Below, in pieces: positions 1-12,374 of a stretch of DNA of 64,000 nucleotides. The number at the start of each line of letters is the position of its first letter. Position 1 is the first letter of the stretch. The translations under genes were made by a program, and so were the position numbers. The notes under the pieces were generated by a model that saw only the letters and a program-made list of their open reading frames with translations, was not told the origin of the DNA and did not search any database. The stretch comes from Eledone cirrhosa (Eukaryota): the NCBI GenBank assembly GCA_964016885.1, contig OZ024742.1, positions 109,554,001 to 109,618,000 on the forward strand. The letters run 5' to 3'.

Positions 1-131
1 CACACATACATACATACATACACACAGATACACTCACTCACACACATACAAGAAGTAATCAACAACGAATGCATGGTGTACTTTAAAGACGGCAATCTCA
101 CAATACACATATTTACACACACTCACACACA

Positions 132-177
<46 letters not shown>

Positions 178-272
178 TACACACAGATACACTCACTCAC
201 ACACATACAAGAAGTAAGCAACAACGAATGCATGGTGTACTTTAAAGACGGCAATCTCACAGTACACATATT

Positions 273-328
<56 letters not shown>

Positions 329-444
329 TACACACAGATACACTCACTCACACACATACAAGAAGTAAGCAACAACGAATGCATGGTGTACTTTAAAGAC
401 GGCAATCTCACAGTACACATATTTACACACACTCACACACACTC

Positions 445-494
<50 letters not shown>

Positions 495-605
495 ACACAT
501 ACACTCACTCACACACATACAAGAAGTAATCAACAACGAATGCATGGTGTACTTTAAAGACGGCAATCTCACAGTACACATATTTACACACACTCACACA
601 CACTC

Positions 606-660
<55 letters not shown>

Positions 661-680
661 TACACTCACTCACACACATA
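1..680. repeat. Compound minisatellite: ~60-bp unique core plus variable (CA)n, 4 copies, period ~150-160 bp
   Basis: caagaagtaa(t/g)caacaacgaatgcatggtgtactttaaagacggcaatctcac recurs at ~49, ~208, ~359 and ~520. Confidence 0.9.
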
Positions 681-892
681 CACTACACGCTGCACACTGT
701 AGACTCCACACTACATTCCCATCCTGCTGCATCAGACTGCACACACATACCAAGCAGTAATAGGTGTATGTTATACTTTAAAGACAACATCGAAATATTG
801 ATTAAAAATGGCAGCCGCCGACATTGGCAGCCAATCTTTGTTAATCAGCTGACCTGTGACGTTGTAAGGCCGTTGTTGCTTAGTTTTGTGAC

Positions 893-923
893 TATTACTA
901 CTAGTAGTAGTAGTACCAGTAGC

Positions 924-984
<61 letters not shown>

Positions 985-1144
985 ATAGTAGTGGCGGCAG
1001 GGGGACATGGTGTTGTTATTGTTATCGTTCGTGTACTAGTGTTAGTGATACTGATACTGCTGCTGCTATTGTTGCTATTGTTGTTGTGGCTGCAACTACT
1101 GTTACCACTGTCACTGATGCTGCTGATGCTGCTTCTGCTGCTGC

Positions 1145-1182
<38 letters not shown>

Positions 1183-1219
1183 CTGGTGGTTGATTTAGTT
1201 TTTGCGGTAATATTTGCAA

Positions 1220-1261
<42 letters not shown>

Positions 1262-1277
1262 CAATAGTAGTAATAGT
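893..1277. repeat. (TAG)n/(GAT)n/(GCT)n trinucleotide microsatellite cluster
   Basis: Direct reading of the sequence. Confidence 0.9.
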
Positions 1278-1439
1278 TTTCGCCAGGACATTGACCTTGT
1301 TTCCCTTCATATCACTCAACAGACACACACCTCTAACACACACTTGTTGGGCCTCGGTTGGTTTCGTTGATCAGTGTCCCGGTTTTATATAAATATATGT
1401 GTGTGTATGCATATATATATACTGTATCTCTCTCTCTCA

Positions 1440-1529
<90 letters not shown>

Positions 1530-1532
<3 letters not shown>

Positions 1533-1631
1533 AAAAAGTATGACCCCGACGGCAGAGCTCACTCTACTACCCTAAGTATTGAGTACTCTGGTGCGTTATG
1601 GTCCATCTGATTCCTTACCACAATTCCTTTG

Positions 1632-1633
<2 letters not shown>
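1530..1633. mobile_element. Penelope-like terminal-repeat fragment (family B) with internal inversion, in (TA)n
   Basis: Homologous to 21864-22042, 49573-49711 and 15900-15956. The first ~30 bp are antisense to the family's hammerhead 3' half and the rest is sense. Confidence 0.6.
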
Positions 1634-1684
<51 letters not shown>

Positions 1685-2025
1685 CATGGGTGTGAGTTGT
1701 AAATTTCATTTTTCATTTCGTATATATATGTGTGTGTGTGTCTGTATCTGTGTCTCTGTCTGTCTGTGTGTGCGGTGTGTGTGTCTGTGTGTGCGGTGTG
1801 TGTGTCTGTGTCTGCCTATGTGTGTGTGTGTGTGTGTGCGTGTGTGTGCGTGTGTTTGCGTGTGTTTGCGTGTGTTTGCGTGTGTTTATAAATACATATG
1901 TATCATATATAATATAGGATGTCCTGTAAGTCTAGACAACTTGAAGTATTGTCTACAGTAATCCTAACAGATGTTCTCTTTCTTGAAGCTACATTCCTCT
2001 ATTTTACTGGTTTCAGCCGAGAGTT

Positions 2026-2401
2026 ACTGAGTGTATAGCGTTGTGACACCGCCACAAGGCAGGCTGTCTCGCTCCATTCCATGAAGGCTCAGTGTAGACG
2101 ATTGTACAGCCACTAGGTGAAGCTGTCTCGTCTACTGCAGGCTAAATGAACCTCTCCATTTCATGGTGTATCAGTGCGGACTATTGTGATACCGCCACAG
2201 AAGCTGTCTCATCCACTGCAGGCTAATTGAACCTCTCCACTCCATAGAATTTCAGTGCGGACCATTGTGAAACAGCCACTAGGTAAAGCTATCTCGTCCA
2301 CTGCAGGTAAAATGAACTTTTCCAATCCATGGGGTGTCAGTGAGTACCATTGTGAAGCTGTCACGTCGACTGTAGGCTAAATCGACCTCTCCACACCATA
2401 G
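2026..2401. repeat. Degenerate ~80-bp tandem repeat, ~4.5 copies
   Basis: gaagctgtctcgtccactgcaggctaaatgaacctctcca...tcagtgcggaccattgtga recurs. Confidence 0.8.
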
Positions 2402-3551
2402 AGACTCCAATATCTCTCCTCATTTACTTTTAGCGTCGTAGTGGTAGATTTCATAGTTTAAATACATGCAACATAGTCTACTTCATTCAATAAACCGGAA
2501 GATTACTCTGGTTATTTTGATATCCAGATAATCTCAACAAATAACTTCTTGACATACACCTGTTCGCTCTTTTTTCACTCATTAGTCACTGCATTCGAAG
2601 CAATAGTATATACAATTAACACTAATACACCGCGATTCAAAATAGAAGCGCATATGGAAACATATACAATATGTTTAAGTATAATAAATAGACATGTCTC
2701 GCTATGAGTAATTTAATCTGTGGTTATGACACAGTTACCTCAGGAGTCACGTAGAACACCAGATACTACTATTTCAGAATTTGTATCCATCTTCAGTGAT
2801 GATTACTTAATATGTATTGAGACGAAAAAGGTTATGGCTTATATTTATTTTGCCGATGCCACTTTTTAGGAAATGCTCATTTTCCTATAGTGGGGGAGTT
2901 GACGATCTGGTATTAATTAGAGTAGCATTAACCCAGCATGTTTCATATGAGACATGTATATGAACGCATACACAATATCTTTACATATAACGAACTTAAA
3001 ATTTCACCATGTAAACCTGGCATTTATAGCATACCAATCCTGGACTCCCAAACATTAACTTCGTTCAACGCTATTGCTGTTATTATTGACGGCACGGGTT
3101 CACTAGTAAATAAATATATAAAAAGGAACGGCGGCGGAGGAGAGTGGAAAGGGTAACCCAATATTCTTGGCTGGACATCTTAGCTGCATCCCGCGGACAA
3201 GATGGCGAATGCATTGCAGCGAAGAACCAGCGAGAGACTGACTATCTTCTGAATTCTCATGAATTTCTCTGGAGACCAATGATGCGTGAACTTCAATGTC
3301 TTTCAATAGACTTCACTGTAACTCTGTTCCGCTCCACTACTCCTTGTGTAACTATAGTTAAAACACACACATACACTCACGTACACAACACACAGACAGA
3401 CAAAAAATACCTGCCTATGGTTATTAATCTACATATGTTCATCATGGGTTCAGTCCAGTGTAGTATATAAATTATACATTATTCAGTCATGCATATATAT
3501 ATATATATGTGTGTGTGTGTATGTGTATATATATATATATGTGTGTATGTG

Positions 3552-3586
<35 letters not shown>

Positions 3587-3588
3587 AC

Positions 3589-3623
<35 letters not shown>

Positions 3624-3646
3624 TATATATATATGTGTGTGTGTGT

Positions 3647-3731
<85 letters not shown>

Positions 3732-3928
3732 ATACACTTTTCAGCTATGCATATATCATTACAATTCGTTCGCAGCTAAGTCCCAGAAGTTAAACAGAAT
3801 AACTATCAAAATGTTAAGAGTCACAGAATAGTTTTTCCTTATAGCCTTCGTCTATAAAACACCAATATCACGCATACATTCATTGATGCCTGCATATATA
3901 TGTCACTCATTTTATATGTCTATGCATT

Positions 3929-3960
<32 letters not shown>

Positions 3961-4181
3961 TATATATTTATATTTATATGTGTGTGAGTGAATATGCGTG
4001 TGCGTGTGTGTGTATATGAGTATGAGTCTATATACATATATATATCAATATATACACATTTATATATATATATATATGAAAGTATGTATGGATGTACGTA
4101 TGTATGTATATGTAGACCCCGATTAATATCGGAGGGTAACTACAGTTAAAAAAGTTACTCAAATCACTGGTAGAGTGTAAA

Positions 4182-4288
4182 CCCCGTCGAGGTTAACTTT
4201 GCCTTTCATCATTACGGGGTCGATAAAATAAAGTACCAGTAATGTATTGGTTAATTGCTGGCCCTGTGCCAAAAGTAGAAACAATTAT
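4182..4288 (+). mobile_element. 5'-truncated SINE (family 1)
   Basis: gaggttaactttgcctttcatc...ggggtcgataaaataaagtaccagt...aaagtagaaacaattat matches the full copy at 29440. Confidence 0.85.
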
Positions 4289-4362
4289 TTTTTAATATAG
4301 AAATTGCTTCTACATGATAGAACTGTTTTGTTCGTATTAAATCATCAGGAATGTCACTTGGT

Positions 4363-4409
4363 ATTCTTGATGATTTCATACGAATGAAACAGTTCTAGTC
4401 CTGTAGAAG
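4363..4409 (+). ncRNA. Hammerhead-like motif (C3U variant) in a ~120-bp inverted repeat (4299-4417)
   Basis: ttc-TTGATGA-tttc atac gaat-GAAA-cag..ctg-TA-gaa. The inverted partner (4307-4353, minus) has CTGATGA but a mutated GAAA. A third partial copy lies at ~37829-37870. Confidence 0.55.
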
Positions 4410-4414
4410 TTATT

Positions 4415-4760
<346 letters not shown>

Positions 4761-4761
4761 C

Positions 4762-4865
4762 ACATACATACATACATACATACATACATACATACATACA
4801 TACATACATACATACATGATGATGGCTGCCTCCTCGTTATCGAGTATGGCCATTGCACGTGAAAA

Positions 4866-4955
<90 letters not shown>

Positions 4956-5504
4956 TATACATATATATATACACATATGTTAATAACAATAATAACATAT
5001 ACACATATGTTAATAACAATAATAATAATAATGATTTCATTTATTAGCCACAAGGGCCGACATGTAGGGGACAATACAAAGACAGGGACAGTGGGAGTTT
5101 ACAATAAGGTCGAATAAAAGTGCACAATGGCAAGACTGATTTAACAATGAAAATATAAAAATATAAAATAAACTATGCATAAATATAACAAAATAAATAA
5201 TAATAATAACAACAACAATAATAATATACATATATATATATACACACATGCACACACATAAACATATCTATACACACACAGACACACGTAGCAACTAACA
5301 GCGCTGCGATCGAATGTGGCTTTTTAGCCCAGCCAGTTATGTAAAATGTCTTGCATAGAGTCGGCAACCAAAACATTCACTGGGAATAGTCGGCTGTGGT
5401 TGGAGTTCGTGTACTTTTGCATGTCGTTTGAGCCCTCCTGCTGATTTACATTCTCTACCACATGCTTGGCAAGCATGATGAGTAGCATCTCCAACAGCAG
5501 CCTG
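4762..5504 (-). mobile_element. 5'-truncated RTE LINE (last two zinc fingers, 3' UTR and (GTAT)n tail)
   Basis: 5288-5504 is the reverse complement of ~6801-7017, and 4816-4862 mirrors 7308-7348. An unrelated insert sits at ~5033-5195. Confidence 0.85.
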
Positions 5505-5603
5505 TACATACATACATACATGCATACATACATACATACATACATACATACATACATACATACATACATACATACATACATACATACATACATACATACA
5601 TAC

Positions 5604-5856
5604 ATGGTGGCTGCCAACTCGTTTTCGAGTACGGCCACTACTTTATATCCATGTAGGAGAACCCCTACCGATGCGTTGAACGAGTGTGATTTTTTAGTCC
5701 AGCCAGCGACTTGAAAACTCTGGTACAAACACTACACTTGTGACAATTACTGACACATAGTGCTGGGCCCATGGTACCATGTGATGACAAGTGCAGAGAG
5801 ATCTCCAGATATAAAGCAATGCCTGTGCAGTGAAGCTTTTATAGTGAGCAAAGGCA
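5604..5856 (-). mobile_element. 5'-truncated non-autonomous RTE-derived element
   Basis: Near-identical to 7411-7664, with a (GTAT)n tail. Confidence 0.85.
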
Positions 5857-5919
5857 TATATATATTTGTATATATGTATGTGTATATGTGTATGTATATG
5901 TATATATTGTATATATGTA

Positions 5920-7011
5920 TTGACTGTCAGTCTCAAGAAAACCGTCGTCATGTACCAACCTGCCCCTGGTAAGCAGTACACTGAACCAAACATCTATGTA
6001 TATGGTAAACAACTTGGAGTGGTTGATCAGTTTGTCTACTTGGGAAGCACTGTCAATCGATACAGCAACATTGACAGTAAAATCTCACTTAGGATTAGGA
6101 AAGCAAGTGATGCTTTCGGAAAGCTAGAAAGGCGACTCTGGGGTCGGCGAGACATATGCAGGAGGACAAAGGTAAAGGTGTACAGGGCATGTGTGCTCTC
6201 TTGTCTTCTTTATACCTGCGAGACCTGGGTCACATATCGACACCACCTTAAGCAATTGGAGCGTTTCCATCAGATGTGTCTCAGACGGATCCATGGCGTT
6301 TACTGGAGGTACCACATCAGTGATGTCGAGATTTTGGAAAGCTCTATGTGTGACAGTATAGAAGCTCTTGTGCTTAAACAACGACTCCGTTGGAGTGGTC
6401 ACCTTGCCAGGATGAAGGATTCTAGAATACCAAAACAACTCTTTTATGGAGAGTTGGTTAAAGGAAAACGACCGCCACATAAACCAAAAAAGAGGTATAA
6501 GGATTCCTTGAAAGCCTCTCTGAGAGACGCTAACATCTCTGCTGATACATGGGAAAATATTGCTACTGATCGTAATAAATGGAGAAAGACTGTATATGAG
6601 GGAAAAGTTGCCTTTGAGGCATCTCGAATCGCATTCGAGAAAGTAAAGCGGGATGTGAGGAAGGGCATTGCTGTTGCACTTCCAGACGGCGAGGGTCCTG
6701 CTATGGTGCTGACATGCAGCGTCTGTGCGAGACTCTGCCTAAGCAAAGCTGGACTCGAAAGTCATCTTCGCAGTCATAAAGTAAGACCAGTGGTTGACTA
6801 CCAGACTGCTGTTGGAGATGCTACTCATCATGCTTGCCAAACATGTGGTAGAGAATGTAAATCAGCAGGAGGGCTCAAGCGACATGCAAAAGTACACGAA
6901 CTCCAACCACAGCCGACTATTCACAGTGAATGTTTTGGTTGCCGACTCTGTGCAAGACATTTTAGATCATTGGCTGGGCTAAAAAGCCACATTCGATCGC
7001 AGCGCTGTTAG
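5920..7011 (+). CDS. RTE-clade LINE ORF, 3' part (RT C-terminus/thumb plus three C2H2-type zinc fingers), 5'-truncated
   Basis: FVYLGS, KVKVYRACVLSCLLYTCETW, RLRWSGHLARM, IPKQLFYGEL. Fingers: CSVC..HLRSH, CQTC..HAKVH, CRLC..HIRSQRC. The upstream M in the ORF track comes from microsatellite. Confidence 0.9.
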   Translation: MTVSLKKTVVMYQPAPGKQYTEPNIYVYGKQLGVVDQFVYLGSTVNRYSNIDSKISLRIRKASDAFGKLERRLWGRRDICRRTKVKVYRACVLSCLLYTCETWVTYRHHLKQLERFHQMCLRRIHGVYWRYHISDVEILESSMCDSIEALVLKQRLRWSGHLARMKDSRIPKQLFYGELVKGKRPPHKPKKRYKDSLKASLRDANISADTWENIATDRNKWRKTVYEGKVAFEASRIAFEKVKRDVRKGIAVALPDGEGPAMVLTCSVCARLCLSKAGLESHLRSHKVRPVVDYQTAVGDATHHACQTCGRECKSAGGLKRHAKVHELQPQPTIHSECFGCRLCARHFRSLAGLKSHIRSQRC

Positions 7012-7017
7012 TTGCTA

Positions 7018-7068
<51 letters not shown>

Positions 7069-7212
7069 GATATGTTTATGTGTGTGCGTGTATGTGTATA
7101 TATATATGTATATGTATATTATTATTGTTGTCGTTATTATTATTGTTGATATTATTATTATTGTTATTAATGTATGTGTGTGTGTATATATGTGTGAGTG
7201 TATATATGTATA

Positions 7213-7262
<50 letters not shown>

Positions 7263-7360
7263 TTTTTTTTTTCTTTTTTATTTATTTATTAATTTTTTTT
7301 TTCTCCTCGTGCAATGGCCATACTCGATAACGAGGGGGCAGCTATCATATGTATGTATGT
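5920..7360 (+). mobile_element. 5'-truncated RTE LINE including microsatellite-bearing 3' UTR and (GTAT)n tail
   Basis: The 3' UTR organisation is shared with the inverted copy at 4762-5504. Ends ...ctcgataacgagggggcagctatcat then gtat repeats. Confidence 0.85.
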
Positions 7361-7410
7361 ATATACATACATATATACATACATATATACAAACATATAT
7401 ACATATATAC

Positions 7411-8019
7411 ATGGTGGCTGCCAACTCGTTTTCGAGTACGGCCACTACTTTATATCCATGTAGGAGAACCCCTATCGATGCACTGAACGAGTGTGACTTC
7501 TTAGTCCAGCCAGCGACTTGAAAACTCTGGTACAAACACTACACTTGTAACAATTATTGACACATAGTGCTGGGCCCATGGTACCATGTGACGACAAGTG
7601 CAGAGAGATCTCCAGATATAAAACAATGCCTGTGCCGTGAAGCTTTTATAGTGAGCAAAGGCACTGCACAAAGCCAGTCCCACTCTCTTAACCAAGATGA
7701 TATTTACCAAAAAGAAGAACAAGTCAACATCATTGGATACCATCAGGGTTGCAGGTGTTATATCAGAGTTTTCCTTCTCCTAGAATTCTGCCTTGACAAA
7801 GGCTAAGGGGTCATCTCTCCCGGTGATTTTGGATGGCCATTGACTTTTAAGAGCTCCTTTGCCCTTTGACAGATTTTGTTTTTAGTCCTGTAGGATGTCC
7901 AAAGTCACCCTCCTCACCAAGAAACCTTGGTGCAGTTGCCAGTTTAGTCGCCAACGACCCGACCATGAGACAGGTTGTATTGGGATACATGTTACCAGTA
8001 GCACCAACTGGTGACCTGA
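7411..8019 (-). mobile_element. Full-length ~610-bp non-autonomous RTE-derived (bipartite) element
   Basis: Same two ends as 31590-32201. Contains GGAGAAGGAAAACTCTGA (7763-7780, minus), which I recognise from RTE 5' UTRs. The 3' end resembles the RTE LINE end. Confidence 0.75.
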
Positions 8020-8139
8020 CATACACACATACATACATACATACATACATACATACATACATACATGTAGAAATAAACACAGTAAATTGTGTGTCTAAAA
8101 TTACGAGGGTAGAAATACCATATATTATTATATAATTGA

Positions 8140-8324
8140 GGGCGGTGGATTGGCAGTATCGGTAGAGGGTCGGATGTCATGCTTTCCAGCATAGTTACGT
8201 CCCTTTACGATCTGAGTTCAAATCCCGCCGAGGTTGACTTTGCCTTTCATCCTTACGAGGTCGATAAAATAAAGTACCAGTAATGCACTGGTAATTGCTG
8301 GCCTTGTGCCTAAAGTAGAAACAC
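8140..8324 (+). mobile_element. tRNA-type SINE (family 1)
   Basis: A-box-like tggcagtatcggtag and B-box gagttcaaatcc. TSD ttattatataattg at 8125-8138 and 8325-8338. Confidence 0.9.
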
Positions 8325-8331
8325 TTATTAT

Positions 8332-8514
8332 ATAATTGTTTCTACTTTTTTACACAAGGCCAGCAATCACCCAGTGCATTACTGGTACTTTATTTTATCG
8401 ACCCCGTAAGGATGAAAGGCAAAGTTAACCTCGGCGGGATTTGAACTCAGAATGGCAAGGGCCGTAACTCTATGCGTCAAAGCATGGTATCCGACCCTCT
8501 ACCAATCCATTGCC
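8332..8514 (-). mobile_element. tRNA-type SINE (family 1)
   Basis: Reverse complement of the family. TSD ccatatattattatataat at 8118-8136 and 8513-8531. Confidence 0.9.
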
Positions 8515-8833
8515 ATATATTATTATATAATGGTCAGTATTTATACTTTGCGCTTGTTAATTGCAGGGTATCAATATGAGTTAGTAACTCTGTATTTTAT
8601 TTTATTTATATATATATATATATAAATGGTAATTTCGCGTTAATGAATCCATTAATAATTTTCTGGTTGCAGTATTGATCTATAAATATTTGTGTAAACA
8701 GAATAAGCACTCGACGTTGTATAGCTTCCCCGTTATAGTATCACGTAGGTGTGTGCAAGATAGAATGATGGTACAGTAATAAATTAGACGGCAGTGTGTT
8801 AGAATTTCACTGCATTCTATTTATACGTAGTCA

Positions 8834-8894
8834 CTGTTATACGTATTTCGATGGTGTATATTATGCATTCTTCAGATATGATGTCTTCAGACAA
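8834..8894 (-). ncRNA. Decayed hammerhead-like motif with duplicated CTGAAGA
   Basis: Reverse complement: ttgt-CTGAAGA-catcatat-CTGAAGA-atg..catc-GAAA-tacgta-TA-acag, with palindromic stem III. Confidence 0.45.
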
Positions 8895-9634
8895 TACTCA
8901 CTTGCATAAACATTAATAATGTAATTTATTATGTGATATACCAGCTAGCAGGTTTAAGGTGTTCTGTCTTAACCACCCAGTGGAATTTTCGGACATTTGT
9001 TATGCTTTAAAGATCAAATGATTTACAACGTATTTTTAATATTTGAACATGGTTGTTTAAGTGTTTAAGTCTGTTAAGTATTGAAAGTGAGTTAGTTATT
9101 TAGTATGTGTGAGTGTATTTGTGTGTGTGTGTCGGTCTGTGTGTGCACGCGCGTGCGTGTGTGAGTGTGCGTGTATCTGAGTGCATGCATGTGCGTGTGC
9201 AATCGCACGCGCGTGTGCATGTCTGTCTGTACGTGTATAAGCATAAATATCAGCAACCTACACTTCCGCTGCCTCATTGTTATATGCCTAGACAATATGA
9301 GAGAACACTCTTTTCCCTGCTGAACTCAAGGCGTATATCAGCTCATACTTCCAGCGGACAGAATACGGAATGTGTTAACTCGGAGGATAGCGAGGGAAAT
9401 GCGCTGAAATAGCCATTCCAAATCGCATGGCACGCGCCTGCAGTTGACCAACACTGCCCTGTTAGAAATGAGTACGGAAGTGGTTCGGTGTCAAAAAACC
9501 CCACATGTCTGCACCGCTATAGGTTCAAAGTTAAAGTTGTCTGAAAGCAGAGGATAATAGCTTCTCAGGCAACGAAATCTGGGTCAAAATAGTCATTCTC
9601 ATTCTACAAATATATATACATGTATAAATATATG

Positions 9635-9775
<141 letters not shown>

Positions 9776-9902
9776 AAAGTTATATTTAAATTGTTGGGTT
9801 ACAACGAGTAAATATTTATAACTGATATAAAAGCACTCAACAAGTATTTGGAGTATATTTACGATATTAAATAAATGGAAATTATATTTATAAAACCATA
9901 TT

Positions 9903-9968
9903 TATTTCATTATATATATTTCAGGGATATCATATTAAAAATATGTTATGCCTTCTTCAGACAAAATA
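9903..9968 (-). ncRNA. Minimal type I hammerhead ribozyme (family A)
   Basis: Exact inverted copy of 11826-11891. Confidence 0.8.
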
Positions 9969-9992
9969 CAATATAAACAGTCTTATAAATAG

Positions 9993-10340
9993 ATAGACCT
10001 TAATTCTTTTAACTACGTTGGTTCCACATCGACGGAATTTAAACTTCGCTATAATAACCACAAGAATTCTTTCACAGATCCAAGCAAAAAATCTTCAACA
10101 GCACTATCAGGGTTACTCTGGCAACTTAGACATGATAACGTTAGATATTCGACGGCTTGGAATATAGTCTCAAGAGGGATTCCTTTTAATTCATCCTCTG
10201 AGACATGTGACCTCTGCGCGGAGGAGATATTCTTTATACTAAAATCTAAAAATTCCCTTAATTTACGGACAAATTTATTCAGTTGTTGCAGACATAGATT
10301 GAACTCAACTTTTAAATATAAATTTAAATTTAAAATGTAG
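9993..10340 (+). pseudogene. GIY-YIG endonuclease C-terminal fragment (Penelope-like), 115 codons, no ATG start
   Basis: Manual translation: ..NYVGSTSTEFKLRYNNHKNSF..STALSGLLWQLR..TAWNIVSRGIPFNSSSETCDLCAEEIFFILKSKNSLNLRTNLFSCCRHR..stop at 10338-10340. Confidence 0.85.
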
Positions 10341-11825
10341 TTTATTTAGTTTGATTTGTAATTATTTATGAAACTCGCAGATAAATCTTTCGATTTCTTC
10401 TTTTTTATTTTAAACATTCTTCATGAATAATTAACTACCCTAAAAGCTGATGCTCCAAATATATCGAATAAATTTTACACTAGATAAACTTCTATATTAA
10501 ATATAAGAACATCTGTAGACCAAATGGGTATCCTAAACTTTTGGAATGTTTTCTGCTAGACAGGATTTGGTAAATAATTTTGGTTTTGTTTGCTTTTGAC
10601 TCTGATGCTTATAATGAACTTGACAATATATTGTCGATTAACTTTAAAGGGCTGATCTCTGTGGTGGATTTGCGGGGCATACTATGTTTTATTTTTTAAT
10701 ATTTTTTAATATTTTTTAATATTTTTTTTTTATATTTTTTAATATTTTTTAATATTTTTTAACATTTTTAATACTTTTATTCTTAATTTTTTAGTTTTCT
10801 GTCTATTTATGTTTTGTTTCTGATATTTTTTTTTTTTTTATTATTTTATTATTTTATTATTTTATTATTTTATTATTTTATTATTTTATTTTATTTTATT
10901 TTATTTTATTTTATTAATGTATTGGTGTCTGTTCTCTATTTCTGCTTGAACGATGGTCATGTAGAGTAAAGACAAGAATAGTATTGTTAAAATTAATATA
11001 GACTCTATATATATATGTGTGTACACATATATGTATACTAGAATTTTTATAGCACAATGAGAATGTTTTCGTGTGAAATAGGAATTTGCAGAGCTGATCA
11101 CGTAAATTCACATGTTTATAGTATTGAATATGGAATAACCTTCTATTTTATCTCGGCTCTGGTGTGGACCTATGGATTTTTAAACTAGACATATGATCAT
11201 TATTTTTCACACATTATAGATACGTGTCTCATTCATGAATACTGATATTTACATTATAATGCCTGTTTTATACGATGAAACATAGTGTTTTAAATCTGCC
11301 TCGTTTATGTCTGGTTATTTTTCTTTTTTCTCTCTATATAACGGCTGTTTACTCTCCTAACCACATATATCTCTCTCTACATTAATACTAGAGCTAAATA
11401 AATAAATAAATAAATAAATAAATGTATCATTGATACGTCATTCAACTGGTGCTCAACTACCTAGTTTCTTTCTCTCTATCTCTATCTATATCTATCTCTC
11501 TATATTTTCTCTCTCTATCTCTCTCTTCTCTCTCTCTCTCTCTCTCTCTATCTCTATCTCTATCTATCTCCCTATATTTTTTTTCCTCTCTCTATATATC
11601 TCTCTCTGTTTCTTTACATGAATTTCTTCTCTCTATCTATCTTTCTATCTCTCTCTATTTAGTTGCATGCATTTCTTCTTTTTCTTCGTTTTTCTTTCTT
11701 TCTTTCTTTCTTTCTTTCTTTTTACAACTGTCCATAATATTTGTACTACCAAATCAACTTTTCAAACGCAAGTCGATGTTGAAAGGGTATGTCGAATCTA
11801 TCTATTTATAAGACTGTTTATATTG

Positions 11826-11891
11826 TATTTTGTCTGAAGAAGGCATAACATATTTTTAATATGATATCCCTGAAATATATATAATGAAATA
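11826..11891 (+). ncRNA. Minimal type I hammerhead ribozyme (family A)
   Basis: tattttgt-CTGAAGA-agg..catatt ttt aatatg..cct-GAAA-tatata-TA-atgaaata; 8-bp stem I including G-U pairs. Confidence 0.8.
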
Positions 11892-11974
11892 AATATGGTT
11901 TTATAAATATAATTTCCATTTATTTAATATCGTATATATATATATATATATGTATATGTATGTATGTATGTATG

Positions 11975-12088
<114 letters not shown>

Positions 12089-12230
12089 TATATTTAAGTG
12101 TGCGGATGTGTATGTGTTTTATATATATATCATATATATAGAGAGAGAGGGAGGAAGAAAGACAGATAGATAGATAGATAGATATAGATATACATAGATG
12201 TAGATATATATGTAAGTGAGCATGTGTGTA

Positions 12231-12362
12231 TTAGAGCGTTGAATTCACAAACTTGGGGTCGTGTATTCGATTTCTGAACTTGGCAATACTTTATTTCGCG
12301 TTGCTCCAGTTCACCGGTGCCTAACTATATTGACTTTTGCCTTTCTCTTGGATAACATCGGA
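12231..12362 (+). mobile_element. Diverged tRNA-type SINE fragment (family 2)
   Basis: tagagcgttg..ttcgattt..actttatttcgcgttgctccagttcac is shared with the 25297 and 38238 copies. Confidence 0.55.
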
Positions 12363-12374
12363 TATGTTTATATA

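Noticed and set aside
3150-3245. LAGHLSCIPRTRW, RTE-like remnant or exon
   Set aside because: A single short motif, insufficient to call.
8140-8235. tRNA gene
   Set aside because: The A/B boxes belong to a multicopy SINE head and there is no cloverleaf.
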